A stretch of 37,520 nt of DNA. Source: Deferribacterales bacterium. Lineage in GTDB: Bacteria > Chrysiogenota > Deferribacteres > Deferribacterales > Geovibrionaceae. Each line of letters opens with the position of its first letter. Position 1 is the stretch's first letter. Positions 18,414 through 27,590 of the stretch are shown here, in pieces. The position numbers and the translations under genes were made by a program. The notes under the pieces were generated by a model. That model did no database searches, was not told the DNA's origin, and was given only the letters and a program-made list of their open reading frames with translations. The stretch is from NCBI GenBank assembly GCA_050253335.1, contig JBFWJG010000022.1, positions 1-37,520 of the forward strand. Direction: 5' to 3'.

Positions 18414-19329
18414 CATCCTTTATTATATAAGGCTTCTTATCCTGACTCTCAAAATATGTCCGCAGAACCTGCTCCGCTATAAAACCAGAGGAGATAAGCT
18501 GTATCCCGCCCAGAGTGAGAACAACTCCGAGAAGAAGCAGGGGTCTTCCCCATATGTCATGACCGAAAAGCTTCAGAAACACCATATACAGATTTATCAT
18601 CATGCCGAAAAACAGGCCGAAAAAGCCCAGAGTGCCGAAAAGGTGCATGGGGCGCTGAGAATACTTCTTCAGGAAGAGCACAAGCATAAGATCGCTTATA
18701 ACCTTGGTTGTTCTGGCTATTCCGTATTTGGACTGGCCGTATCTTCTGGGGTGGTGGCGCACATCCATCTCATCTATTCTGGCACCCTGAAGCACGGCGA
18801 GAACGGGTATAAACCTGTGCATCTCGCCGTACAGGCCGAGGTTTTTCGCTATGTCCTGCTTAAAGAGCTTCAGTGTACAGCCGTAGTCATGTATGTTTAC
18901 CCCTGTAAGGCGGGCTATAAGCTTGTTAGCTATCTTGCTGGGAAGCTTGCGGAGGATGAACCCGTCCTGCCTTTTCAGCCTTCTTCCCGCCACAACGTCC
19001 AGACCTTCCCTTTCCAGCTTCTCTATCATCGCGGGGATATCATCCGGGTCGTTCTGAAGATCTCCGTCTATGGTGACGATATAATCCCCTTTTGCGTGGT
19101 CTATTCCTGCGGCCATGGCGGGTGTCTGCCCGAAATTGCGCTTAAAGCGGATCAGCTTTGTGCGTTCGCCAGCGTGCTGTTCAATCATTTCAACTGTCCG
19201 GTCACGGGAACCGTCATCCACAAAAATTATCTCATAGTCTATATCTTTTAGAGCGCTCCTTATTTTTTTAAAAAAAGGCATAATACTTTCTTCTTCGTTA
19301 TAAAGAGGCACCACAACGGACAGCTTCAT
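18373..19329 (-). CDS. GT2 polyprenol-phosphate glycosyltransferase (ArnC/GtrB-like)
   Basis: SVVVPLYNEE, VDDGSRD, RNFGQ, DGDLQNDP and HDYGC motifs, two C-terminal TM helices; start ATG 19329 overlapping the upstream stop codon. Confidence 0.92.
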   Translation of the reverse strand: MKLSVVVPLYNEEESIMPFFKKIRSALKDIDYEIIFVDDGSRDRTVEMIEQHAGERTKLIRFKRNFGQTPAMAAGIDHAKGDYIVTIDGDLQNDPDDIPAMIEKLEREGLDVVAGRRLKRQDGFILRKLPSKIANKLIARLTGVNIHDYGCTLKLFKQDIAKNLGLYGEMHRFIPVLAVLQGARIDEMDVRHHPRRYGQSKYGIARTTKVISDLMLVLFLKKYSQRPMHLFGTLGFFGLFFGMMINLYMVFLKLFGHDIWGRPLLLLGVVLTLGGIQLISSGFIAEQVLRTYFESQDKKPYIIKDVKEFEGSAPPDAP

Positions 19330-20861
19330 TTTTCCTCCGCAACCTGTATCAGACGATAACCGGCCCATTCTTTTATTGTAACATAAGGCCTTTCAATTTT
19401 TCCTGTTTTGTCAGTATCAATAAATACAAACCCACCGCCCGGCGGGAGATTCTTGTCAGGGTTCTTTCCGTAATAAACACTGAAGGAAGGCACATTGGAC
19501 GCCCACACATTAACCTTGATATTCCTTTCCGCCGCGATAAGCGCCGCCTCTTTCACCGGAGCCTGCTTAATGTCCGCCACAAGAGGAAGATACATGGTGT
19601 TAAGTGAAATAACAGTAAAAAAAGCCAGCACGGCAACAAATGTTCTGTAGCTGAGAGTTCTCACGAAGCTCATTCCCGCCGCAGCCGCGAACATAACAGC
19701 CACAGGCGCAGTGTAGGAGACATCAAGCCTCCGCGCCGCTTCCAGAAGCATCTCCGCCGAAGCGGCACTGCCGAGCTTCGCCGCGGCGGAAGGGATGATG
19801 AACGGCAGACAGAGCAGAAGCGTGAAATAGATGAACACAGGCAGGGCAAAAAGCACCTTTTTCCTGTGGTTGTTGAAAACATAGGCGCAGAGAATGAAGA
19901 GAGGCGTCATTCCGCTGAGGATGAGATGTGGAAGCTTTGTCCCGCTGAGAGCGAAAAATATAAAAACAAAAAAGAACCAGATCATCATGTATCTGGAGAA
20001 GAAATCATTCCACAGAGGGCGGAGCCTTTTCAGCACGCTGAAAATAAGGGAAGAACCGGGAAGAAGACCCGCAAGCAGAAGCGGAATGTAATATGCAAAA
20101 CCGCCCCCCTGCCCCGCGGCCGCTCCGCTGAACCTGCCCGGATTATTCTCCGCAAGGAATCCGCTGACGAAAGCGTCCCCGTATTCCATATATTCCACAA
20201 CATACCACGGTAAAGCCACAAGGAGCATAAGCCCTATGCCTGAAGGGGAAAAAACAGCCCTTGCCCATTCTTTCATCTTCCCTGCGGAAAGAAAAAACAG
20301 GGCGCTCACCGCGAAAGGCACAAGGGCAGCCACCGGACCTTTGGTAACCGCTCCAAGTCCCGCGGCCGCAAAAGCGAGATACACATATTTTTTCCTGCCG
20401 GTTTCAAAGTGCCTGTAAACGGCAAACATTGAACCCGCCAGAAACATGTTCAGAAGCACATCGGCAACGGCAAGCTTGGCGAAAACAGAAACTATCACGG
20501 AGGAACAGGCGATAAACGCCGAGTTGAATGCCATCTCCTCGTTTCTCGTGTCCTTGACGAAGAAAAATATGAGCAGAACCCACCCGCAGGCGGCCAGAAC
20601 GGAGGGAAGGCGGAAAAACAGTTCATCAGCCCCGAAAACGCTCACAAATCCGGCCTGAAGCCAGTAAGCGAGCGGAGGATTGTCGAAATCGGGTCTCCCG
20701 TCGTTAAGCGGGGTGAGAATATCTCCGCTTTGCGCCATATGCAGAGAGCCCTGGGCGAAAGTGCCTTCTGCCGAGTCAAAAAGTGGGTTGGAAGCCGCTC
20801 CGTAGAAAAAACTGAAAAAAACAAGCAGAGAAAGCAGCAGATACTTTAAAGCGCCCTTCAA
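19326..20861 (-). CDS. ArnT-like GT-C integral membrane glycosyltransferase
   Basis: LFDSAEG, DNPPLAYW, RLPS, TKGPVA, PWY and TKLPH motifs; many TM helices. Confidence 0.85.
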   Translation of the reverse strand: MKGALKYLLLSLLVFFSFFYGAASNPLFDSAEGTFAQGSLHMAQSGDILTPLNDGRPDFDNPPLAYWLQAGFVSVFGADELFFRLPSVLAACGWVLLIFFFVKDTRNEEMAFNSAFIACSSVIVSVFAKLAVADVLLNMFLAGSMFAVYRHFETGRKKYVYLAFAAAGLGAVTKGPVAALVPFAVSALFFLSAGKMKEWARAVFSPSGIGLMLLVALPWYVVEYMEYGDAFVSGFLAENNPGRFSGAAAGQGGGFAYYIPLLLAGLLPGSSLIFSVLKRLRPLWNDFFSRYMMIWFFFVFIFFALSGTKLPHLILSGMTPLFILCAYVFNNHRKKVLFALPVFIYFTLLLCLPFIIPSAAAKLGSAASAEMLLEAARRLDVSYTAPVAVMFAAAAGMSFVRTLSYRTFVAVLAFFTVISLNTMYLPLVADIKQAPVKEAALIAAERNIKVNVWASNVPSFSVYYGKNPDKNLPPGGGFVFIDTDKTGKIERPYVTIKEWAGYRLIQVAEEK

Positions 20862-20933
20862 TCTTCACCACCGTATAATCAATGAACAGCCAGACTAGCA
20901 CAAGAGAAGCATTATGAAAACATTTCCCTGATA

Positions 20934-21638
20934 TCAGGGGTGCAGACCCTTTATATTCATGCTCTCAAGCTGTTTTTCCACATACTCCATATGCTCAAGC
21001 ATATATTTGTATGCTTTTTCAGGATCACGGTTTTTTATGGACTCAAAAATTTTTCTGTGGAGCCTGTCAACCTCTTCCGTGCCGCCTGCTGTTCTTATAT
21101 GACTGCGCACCTCGTAGGTGACTTTCGTTATCCACTCATAAACAGTGTTCATCACATGGATAATGAGAACATTGTGGGAAGCGTATGAAATAAGCGCGTG
21201 GAAGCTGGCGTCGCTTTCGTAGTCCTTTTCGGAGCCCTCCATCTCGCCGAGAAATTCCCCGAGCTGTTCTATCTCCTCTTCCGTGGCGCGTTCCGCCGCG
21301 GCTCTGGCCGCCCATGTCTCAAGCAGCTTGCGGAGCTCCATAAGGTCCTTCATGGCATCGTCCTTGTTCAGCATCTCGGTAAATGCCTGAGACAAAACAG
21401 GTGAAGCGGCGGACTGAACATATGTCCCGTCCCCCTGAATCTGGCGGAGAAAGCCGTGCGCCTCAAGCTTCTGAAGAGCTTCCCTGAGGGTGGGGCGGCT
21501 CACGCCCATCTGCACAGCCAGCTCCCTCTCAGAGGGAAGCTTTTCCCCGGGCTTCAGCTCGCCGCCGAGAACCAGTTCCTTGAGCTGTCTGTAAATTTCG
21601 TCACTAACTCTTTTCGGTTTAATCTTCTGAAATCTCAT
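20934..21638 (-). CDS. GntR/FadR-family transcriptional regulator
   Basis: LKPGEKLPSERELA...VSRPTLREAL...GTYV wHTH; FCD domain (ELRKLLE, DASFH, HRKIF). Confidence 0.93.
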   Translation of the reverse strand: MRFQKIKPKRVSDEIYRQLKELVLGGELKPGEKLPSERELAVQMGVSRPTLREALQKLEAHGFLRQIQGDGTYVQSAASPVLSQAFTEMLNKDDAMKDLMELRKLLETWAARAAAERATEEEIEQLGEFLGEMEGSEKDYESDASFHALISYASHNVLIIHVMNTVYEWITKVTYEVRSHIRTAGGTEEVDRLHRKIFESIKNRDPEKAYKYMLEHMEYVEKQLESMNIKGLHP

Positions 21639-22104
21639 TTCACCCGACCCCGCAGCGGAAACAATAATAAAACGGCGATATGACACACAGGAAAAAGAGG
21701 AAAAGCAAAAGAACGGATGCGAAAAATTCAGCAGAAGAACACTGCCGGGCTTTCATGAAACATCTATATCAGTCAGGCCTTTTTCCGCAAAGGTCTTACC
21801 CTTTTAACATCTTGCCGTTCATTAACATATACTATAAAACAACCCTGTTAGGCAACGGCTGAATACGCTGTTTTGAAAATAACAGCACAGGGTTTCGGAA
21901 CATGAAAAGAGCCTGAGAACACTGTTTAACACCCGCAGAAAACCGTGCTCTGTTTTATGAACAAATTGGTATGGAATATCTGCGGTTTTGTGTATATAAT
22001 TATCTGATTATTTATCTGAAGTAATTGCGGCTTACATTATAAATTTTATTAAGAAAGACAGATTTGCTGCAAATTTCCGGAATTCTGATCTATAAAAGGT
22101 AACG

Positions 22105-23946
22105 ATGAATTGTTCAGCTAAAACTGCAGCAGGCGTATGTGCGGTACTTCTCATTCTTTATGCGGCAGGCATGTTCTGTGTTCACGGGGTGCTTTTTTCC
22201 TACGCCGAAAAAAGGCTCACAGCCGAAGCGGCCGCCTCTGCCGATGCGGCGGCGGACACAATCCTGCGAATGCTGGAGGAGATCCGCTCGGATGCTGTTC
22301 TTCTCACTGAAAGCACGGCAGGAAGAAACGGCGGTGCTCCGGTTCTCTCCTCTTTTATGAGCATGAAGCCTGAAATATCCGAGATCATCGCCGTTGATAA
22401 AAACGGATATTCATGGTTTACAGCCGGAAGAAAAGCAACACCGCCCATCGGCGCTGACTTCTCCGCCGAGGAATCAATATCGCTGCCCCTTAAAAACGGC
22501 AGAATCTACACCGGCAGAATAAAACCCGATGAATCCGCGAATGCGCCCTGCATGGAAATAACCGTACCCTTCCCCTCCCCCGTGAACGGGGAAACCGGCG
22601 GCGCTGTAAGATTCAAGGCATCCCTGAGCTCCATGACGGAAGCCGCGGCAAAGGCCGCGCACTCAGAGATAAAAACCGCGGTGCTCATAGGCGGTGCCGA
22701 GGAAATGATCGCCGGACGGGACATAAGCCCGTCTGAAAAAACAATGCTCACCGCCTCCGCCCGCTTTGCGGATTCCGAAGGCACAACCGCCTCACAGGAA
22801 TACATAATATCATTCAGTCAGTTCAGCTTTGAGAACAGCACCCTCACAGCCGCCGCATATCTGCCTAAGTCCGGCATAGGTTCATCAGTCGCACCCTATT
22901 TCCGCTACACGGCCGCTGTTTCGGCTTTTCTTTATCTTCTGGCAGTTCCGTTCATCTTTTTTATCATCAGAAAATACAGGACTCCCTATGAAAAGCTCGG
23001 CATCAAAATGGAAAAAACCGGACAGCTCTTAGAACCTGCCCACTCTGCGCCCCTCAGAGACAAAAGCGGGGCGGAATACGCCGAATGCTTTCTGGACGCC
23101 TGCGAAGCCACAATTAACTCACTGAGACGCACAGCGGAGGAATCAGGCAGGAATGTCGCGGAGGTTGTGGAAAAGCGCACCGAACACCTCAGAAATGAAA
23201 TCAACGAGCTTCAGCGCAAGCTGAAAGAGGAATATACAAAAAACACCAAGAAAGACCAGATGATGATACGCCAGAGCCGGCTTGCCGCGATGGGCGAGAT
23301 GATCTCAAACATAGCCCATCAGTGGCGTCAGCCCCTCAACGCTCTTGCGCTGACCATACAGGATATAGAAGACTCATACCGCCATAATGAGATTAATGAC
23401 GACTACATCAGGGACACAGTGGAAAAATCAATGGAACTTATACTGCATATGTCCGTCACTATTGATGACTTCCGCAATTTCTACAAAACCAACAAGGACA
23501 TCATGGAGTTCAGCCTGAGGCGCTCCATAGACGAGGCGATGAAAATAATCAGCGCCAGCCTGAAAAACTCCAGCATTGAAACAGTGATAGACTGTGAACA
23601 GGATGTCATTGTCAGAGGCTACCCCAATGAGTTTTCACAGGTCATCCTCAACATTCTCAGCAACTCAAAAGACGCTCTCATAGACAACAGGTCTGCGGAC
23701 AGAATGATCAGAATCAGCATAGAAGCAACGAACCGCGGAGGGCGCATAATCATTGCAGACAACGGCGGCGGAATCCCCGCGAACGTGATTGAAAGCGTTT
23801 TCGACCCCTACTTCACCACGAAGGAACAGGGCAGAGGAACGGGCATAGGTCTTTATATGTCCAAAACCATCATCGAAAGCAACATGGGCGGCAAAATCGA
23901 TATCGCAAATACGGGGGACGGCACACGGGTGACCATAGAGTTGTGA
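22105..23946 (+). CDS. Membrane sensor histidine kinase with Cache-like periplasmic domain
   Basis: Two TM helices; H-box IAHQWRQPL, N-box NILSNSKDA, DNGGGI, FDPYFTTK and GTGIGL. Confidence 0.92.
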   Translation: MNCSAKTAAGVCAVLLILYAAGMFCVHGVLFSYAEKRLTAEAAASADAAADTILRMLEEIRSDAVLLTESTAGRNGGAPVLSSFMSMKPEISEIIAVDKNGYSWFTAGRKATPPIGADFSAEESISLPLKNGRIYTGRIKPDESANAPCMEITVPFPSPVNGETGGAVRFKASLSSMTEAAAKAAHSEIKTAVLIGGAEEMIAGRDISPSEKTMLTASARFADSEGTTASQEYIISFSQFSFENSTLTAAAYLPKSGIGSSVAPYFRYTAAVSAFLYLLAVPFIFFIIRKYRTPYEKLGIKMEKTGQLLEPAHSAPLRDKSGAEYAECFLDACEATINSLRRTAEESGRNVAEVVEKRTEHLRNEINELQRKLKEEYTKNTKKDQMMIRQSRLAAMGEMISNIAHQWRQPLNALALTIQDIEDSYRHNEINDDYIRDTVEKSMELILHMSVTIDDFRNFYKTNKDIMEFSLRRSIDEAMKIISASLKNSSIETVIDCEQDVIVRGYPNEFSQVILNILSNSKDALIDNRSADRMIRISIEATNRGGRIIIADNGGGIPANVIESVFDPYFTTKEQGRGTGIGLYMSKTIIESNMGGKIDIANTGDGTRVTIEL

Positions 23947-24058
23947 TAATCTCCGGACAACATCAATCAGCACGCCGATGTTCCTTTCACGGAGCAATAA
24001 CAATTGTTCCCCAAAACTTTGCATTGACTATATAACCCCGCTAATCTAAAAATTAAGT

Positions 24059-25714
24059 ATGTCTTATCTTGCATTAGCCAGAAAACTCAGACCCCAGAAT
24101 TTTGATGAAATAGTGGCACAGGAATTTGTTGTCACAACGCTGAAAAATGCCATAGAGCTGGACAGGCTTGTACATGCCTATCTGTTCACGGGGCCCAGAG
24201 GCGTAGGCAAAACCAGCACGGCGAGGATTTTCGCAAAGGCGCTCAACTGCCTTGACCCTCAGGGTGTAAACCCCTGCAACAAATGCGAAAACTGCCGAGA
24301 AATAACTGACGGCACATCCATGGACGTCATAGAGATAGACGGCGCCTCCAACAGAGGCATAGACGAAATACGCGACCTGCGGGAAGCCGTGCGCTTTTTC
24401 CCTGTCAAATGCAGAAGAAAGGTCTACATCATAGACGAAGTGCACATGCTCACCGAGCAGGCGTTCAACGCCCTGCTCAAAACCCTTGAGGAGCCGCCCT
24501 CACATGTGGCGTTCATTCTCGCAACCACGGACTCGCAGAGGATCCCCGCCACAATAATTTCCCGATGCCAGAAGTATGACTTCCGCAAAATACCCTTTGA
24601 CAAGATGCTCGAATCCCTCACGGAAGTGCTTAACAAAGAGCAGATAGAATACGAAAACGATGCCCTGAGCCTGATCATCCGCAATTCTGACGGCTGCATG
24701 CGTGACTCGCTCTCCATGCTTGACCAGATAATAGCCTTCACAGGGGGCAAGGTTGACGAAGCGAACACAGCCTTTCTCCTAGGCTTTTCAGACACCAACC
24801 TCATAGAAGACCTGCTCAAAACAATTCTTGAAGAGAACACGGCAGAGATCCCCGCTATAGTTGAAGAGATATGCGCCAAGGGAATAAGCCTTCGTTTCGC
24901 CGCCGAATCCCTCATTGAACACACGCGCAACCTTCTTTTTTACATAGCCACAGGCGGCAAAAACACAAGGGAGCTCACCAGCCACGAAGAGGAGCTTTAC
25001 CGCAGCCTCTCCGCCAAGGTCACCGAACACAGGCTTTTTGCCCTGTTTCAGGTTTTCCAGAAGCTCCTGAACGACCTTAAATTTTTCAGCTTCGAGCAGT
25101 ATGTGTTTGAGTTTGCCGCATACAAGGCCGCATCCCTCTCATCCATAATCCCGGTTTCGGGAACAGCCGCATCCCAGCCTCAGGCATCAGCCCCGCAGAG
25201 GCCGAGAACAGAACAGCCCAAAACACAGACCGCACCGAAAGACCCACTCCTTCCCCCGCAGGAAGAAGCGCCCGCTTCCGGAGACGATCCGTGGAAAAGC
25301 ATGGTGCGCCACGCCGCCAAGGAAAACGGCAAGGTTGCGGGCTATCTTGAAAATGTTTTTCTCTCCGGCGTTGCTGGGGATGAACTCCGCATAGGTACAA
25401 CGGAGGAGAAGAAGTTCTACTTCCGGATGCTGAATCAGCCGGAACATCTGAAATATCTGTCCGAGATTGCGGGCAGGTTCTTCCCCGGCGTGACTAAGGT
25501 AAAAATGGCTCTGGAAAACGAGCCGAAAAAAAAAACTCTGACTGAGACAAAGAAAGAGGCGGAAACCTACCACGACCGCAAGACAAGAAAGGAAGCGGAA
25601 GAAAACGAGCTTGTGAAAAAACTCGAAAAGGAATTTAAGGCTAAAGTCATTGATATCGAAGTGATTAAGTTTGTTCCTGAAGATGAGCCCGAACCGGAAA
25701 ACGATACCGACTAA
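24059..25714 (+). CDS. dnaX: DNA polymerase III subunit gamma/tau
   Basis: LARKLRPQ, Walker A GPRGVGKT, Zn motif C...CNKCENC, IIDEVHML, NALLKTLEEPP and SRC motifs. Confidence 0.96.
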   Translation: MSYLALARKLRPQNFDEIVAQEFVVTTLKNAIELDRLVHAYLFTGPRGVGKTSTARIFAKALNCLDPQGVNPCNKCENCREITDGTSMDVIEIDGASNRGIDEIRDLREAVRFFPVKCRRKVYIIDEVHMLTEQAFNALLKTLEEPPSHVAFILATTDSQRIPATIISRCQKYDFRKIPFDKMLESLTEVLNKEQIEYENDALSLIIRNSDGCMRDSLSMLDQIIAFTGGKVDEANTAFLLGFSDTNLIEDLLKTILEENTAEIPAIVEEICAKGISLRFAAESLIEHTRNLLFYIATGGKNTRELTSHEEELYRSLSAKVTEHRLFALFQVFQKLLNDLKFFSFEQYVFEFAAYKAASLSSIIPVSGTAASQPQASAPQRPRTEQPKTQTAPKDPLLPPQEEAPASGDDPWKSMVRHAAKENGKVAGYLENVFLSGVAGDELRIGTTEEKKFYFRMLNQPEHLKYLSEIAGRFFPGVTKVKMALENEPKKKTLTETKKEAETYHDRKTRKEAEENELVKKLEKEFKAKVIDIEVIKFVPEDEPEPENDTD

Positions 25715-25787
25715 ATTTTTTTTTAATTTTATTATTCCATTTTGAACCGAAATGAACTAAAACGACAACCTTCTGCATACAGGTGAA

Positions 25788-27551
25788 ATGGATATTTCAA
25801 AACTGAGAGCCGGACTCTCTAAATTCAGCCTGAGAAAATACCTTGACGGGCACGAAGATCTCTACATGCTTCTGACCGCCGTGGTTATAGGTCTGCTCGC
25901 CGGCGGCGGCAATATCATTTTCCGCCATATGATCAGCTTCTTTCAGGGAATTTTCTATGGAGACACCTCCGAATTCGCCCTTGAAACATTCAGAAACGCG
26001 CCCGTCTGGAAAATAATCCTCATACCCGCCGCAGGCGGTCTGATGGTCGGCATAATCTCAATTTCATTCAAATTCGCCAAAGGGCACGGCGTGCCTGATG
26101 TTATGCGCGCCATGGCGCTCAACCGCAACATATCTCCCCTTGTGGCGCTGATAAAGACCGTTTCCTCCGCCATTACCCTCGGCTCCGGCGGGTCAGCCGG
26201 ACGTGAGGGCCCCATTGTGCAGATAGGCGCGGCAATAGGCTCCGGCGTGGGCAAGCTTTTCAATTTCTCATCAAACAGAATGCGCACTGTGGCGGCATGC
26301 GGTGCGGCGGGCGGTCTGGCCGCCACGTTCAACGCGCCAATCGGCGGCGCCATGTTCGCGGCGGAAGTGCTCCTAGGCGAGTTCGGGCTCAAAACATTCA
26401 GCCCGATCATAATCTCCTCCGTTATAGCAACCGCCATATCAAGGGCTTATCTGGGGCATGAGGTAACCTTTGACGCACCCATATATGAACTTGTGAGCAT
26501 ATTCGAACTGCCTCTTTACGGAATCCTCGGTCTTGTCTGCGCGGTTGTGGGTGTTGTTTTCATACGCTCCTTCTACTTCATAGAGGGCAAGTTCGAAGCC
26601 CTTGCCGTTCCCTCATGGAGCAAGCCCGCCATAGGCGGTCTCATGATGGGCTGTGTGGCTCTCGCCTCTCCGGAAGTCATGGGCGTGGGCTATGACACAA
26701 TCATCAACGTGCTCCACGGAAGCCAGCTCGGAGCGTTTCTCATTGTTATAGTCGCGCTCAAAATAATAGCCACCTCCTTCACCCTCGGCTCCGGCGGAAG
26801 CGGCGGTCTGTTTGTCCCCTCACTGTTCATAGGCGCTGTCACAGGCGGGTTCTTCGGCTGGGTAGCGCACATGATTTTCCCCGCAAGCACAGCGGGCAGC
26901 GGCGCATACGCCCTTGTGGCGATGAGCGCCATGCTTTCCGCCACCCTGCGCGCACCCATGACCGCCATACTCATAATTTTTGAGATAACCCAGTCATACA
27001 CGGTAATCCTCCCCCTTATGATGACGGCTATTATAGCCAACCTCGCCGCAGAGAAGCTTGAGAAGGAATCGATCTTCACATGGGTGCTCACCAAGCAGGG
27101 AGTGCGCATAAAGAAAGGCGTGGAGGAAAAAATTCTGGAATCGATCCACGTGAGGGACGTTCTCTTCACCGGAGTCACATCATTCAGGGAGAACACCCCT
27201 TTCAGGGATATACTCAGCGGAATACAGTCCGCCCCTCATATGCACTTCCCGGTTCTGGACGGCAATAACTGCCTCATCGGCATGATCTCCCTTGTGGATA
27301 TTAAGGAAGTTCTTTTTGAACAGGGGCTTGAGGATATTGTAGTGGCGGGTGATATATGCACGAGGAAGAACATAATCTACCTTGAGCCGGAAAATACATT
27401 GACGGAAGCCATGGAAAAGCTGGGCAAAAAGGATCTGGAAGCGCTCCCCGTTGTGGAGAAAACCGCTGACGGACTAAAATTTACGGGGCTTCTCCGCAGA
27501 GGCGATCTCATAATAGCCTACAACAAGCGGGTTGCGGGCATCACTGACTAA
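25788..27551 (+). CDS. ClC-family chloride channel/antiporter with a C-terminal CBS pair
   Basis: GHGVP, GREGP, FNAPIGG...FAAE and GGLFVP motifs; CBS domains. Confidence 0.93.
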   Translation: MDISKLRAGLSKFSLRKYLDGHEDLYMLLTAVVIGLLAGGGNIIFRHMISFFQGIFYGDTSEFALETFRNAPVWKIILIPAAGGLMVGIISISFKFAKGHGVPDVMRAMALNRNISPLVALIKTVSSAITLGSGGSAGREGPIVQIGAAIGSGVGKLFNFSSNRMRTVAACGAAGGLAATFNAPIGGAMFAAEVLLGEFGLKTFSPIIISSVIATAISRAYLGHEVTFDAPIYELVSIFELPLYGILGLVCAVVGVVFIRSFYFIEGKFEALAVPSWSKPAIGGLMMGCVALASPEVMGVGYDTIINVLHGSQLGAFLIVIVALKIIATSFTLGSGGSGGLFVPSLFIGAVTGGFFGWVAHMIFPASTAGSGAYALVAMSAMLSATLRAPMTAILIIFEITQSYTVILPLMMTAIIANLAAEKLEKESIFTWVLTKQGVRIKKGVEEKILESIHVRDVLFTGVTSFRENTPFRDILSGIQSAPHMHFPVLDGNNCLIGMISLVDIKEVLFEQGLEDIVVAGDICTRKNIIYLEPENTLTEAMEKLGKKDLEALPVVEKTADGLKFTGLLRRGDLIIAYNKRVAGITD

Positions 27552-27582
27552 AAAAAGGGTGCGCCTTTCTGAGACGCACCCT
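27550..27582 (-). terminator. Intrinsic terminator between convergent clc and rsgA (U-tract on the minus strand)
   Basis: Stem AGGGTGCG...CGCACCCT (27556-27582) preceded on the + strand by an A-run. Confidence 0.7.
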
Positions 27583-27590
27583 GCTGAAGT

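Noticed and set aside
21850..22000. c-di-GMP or other riboswitch in the GntR/kinase spacer
   Set aside because: No recognisable conserved aptamer motifs; only an imperfect inverted repeat.
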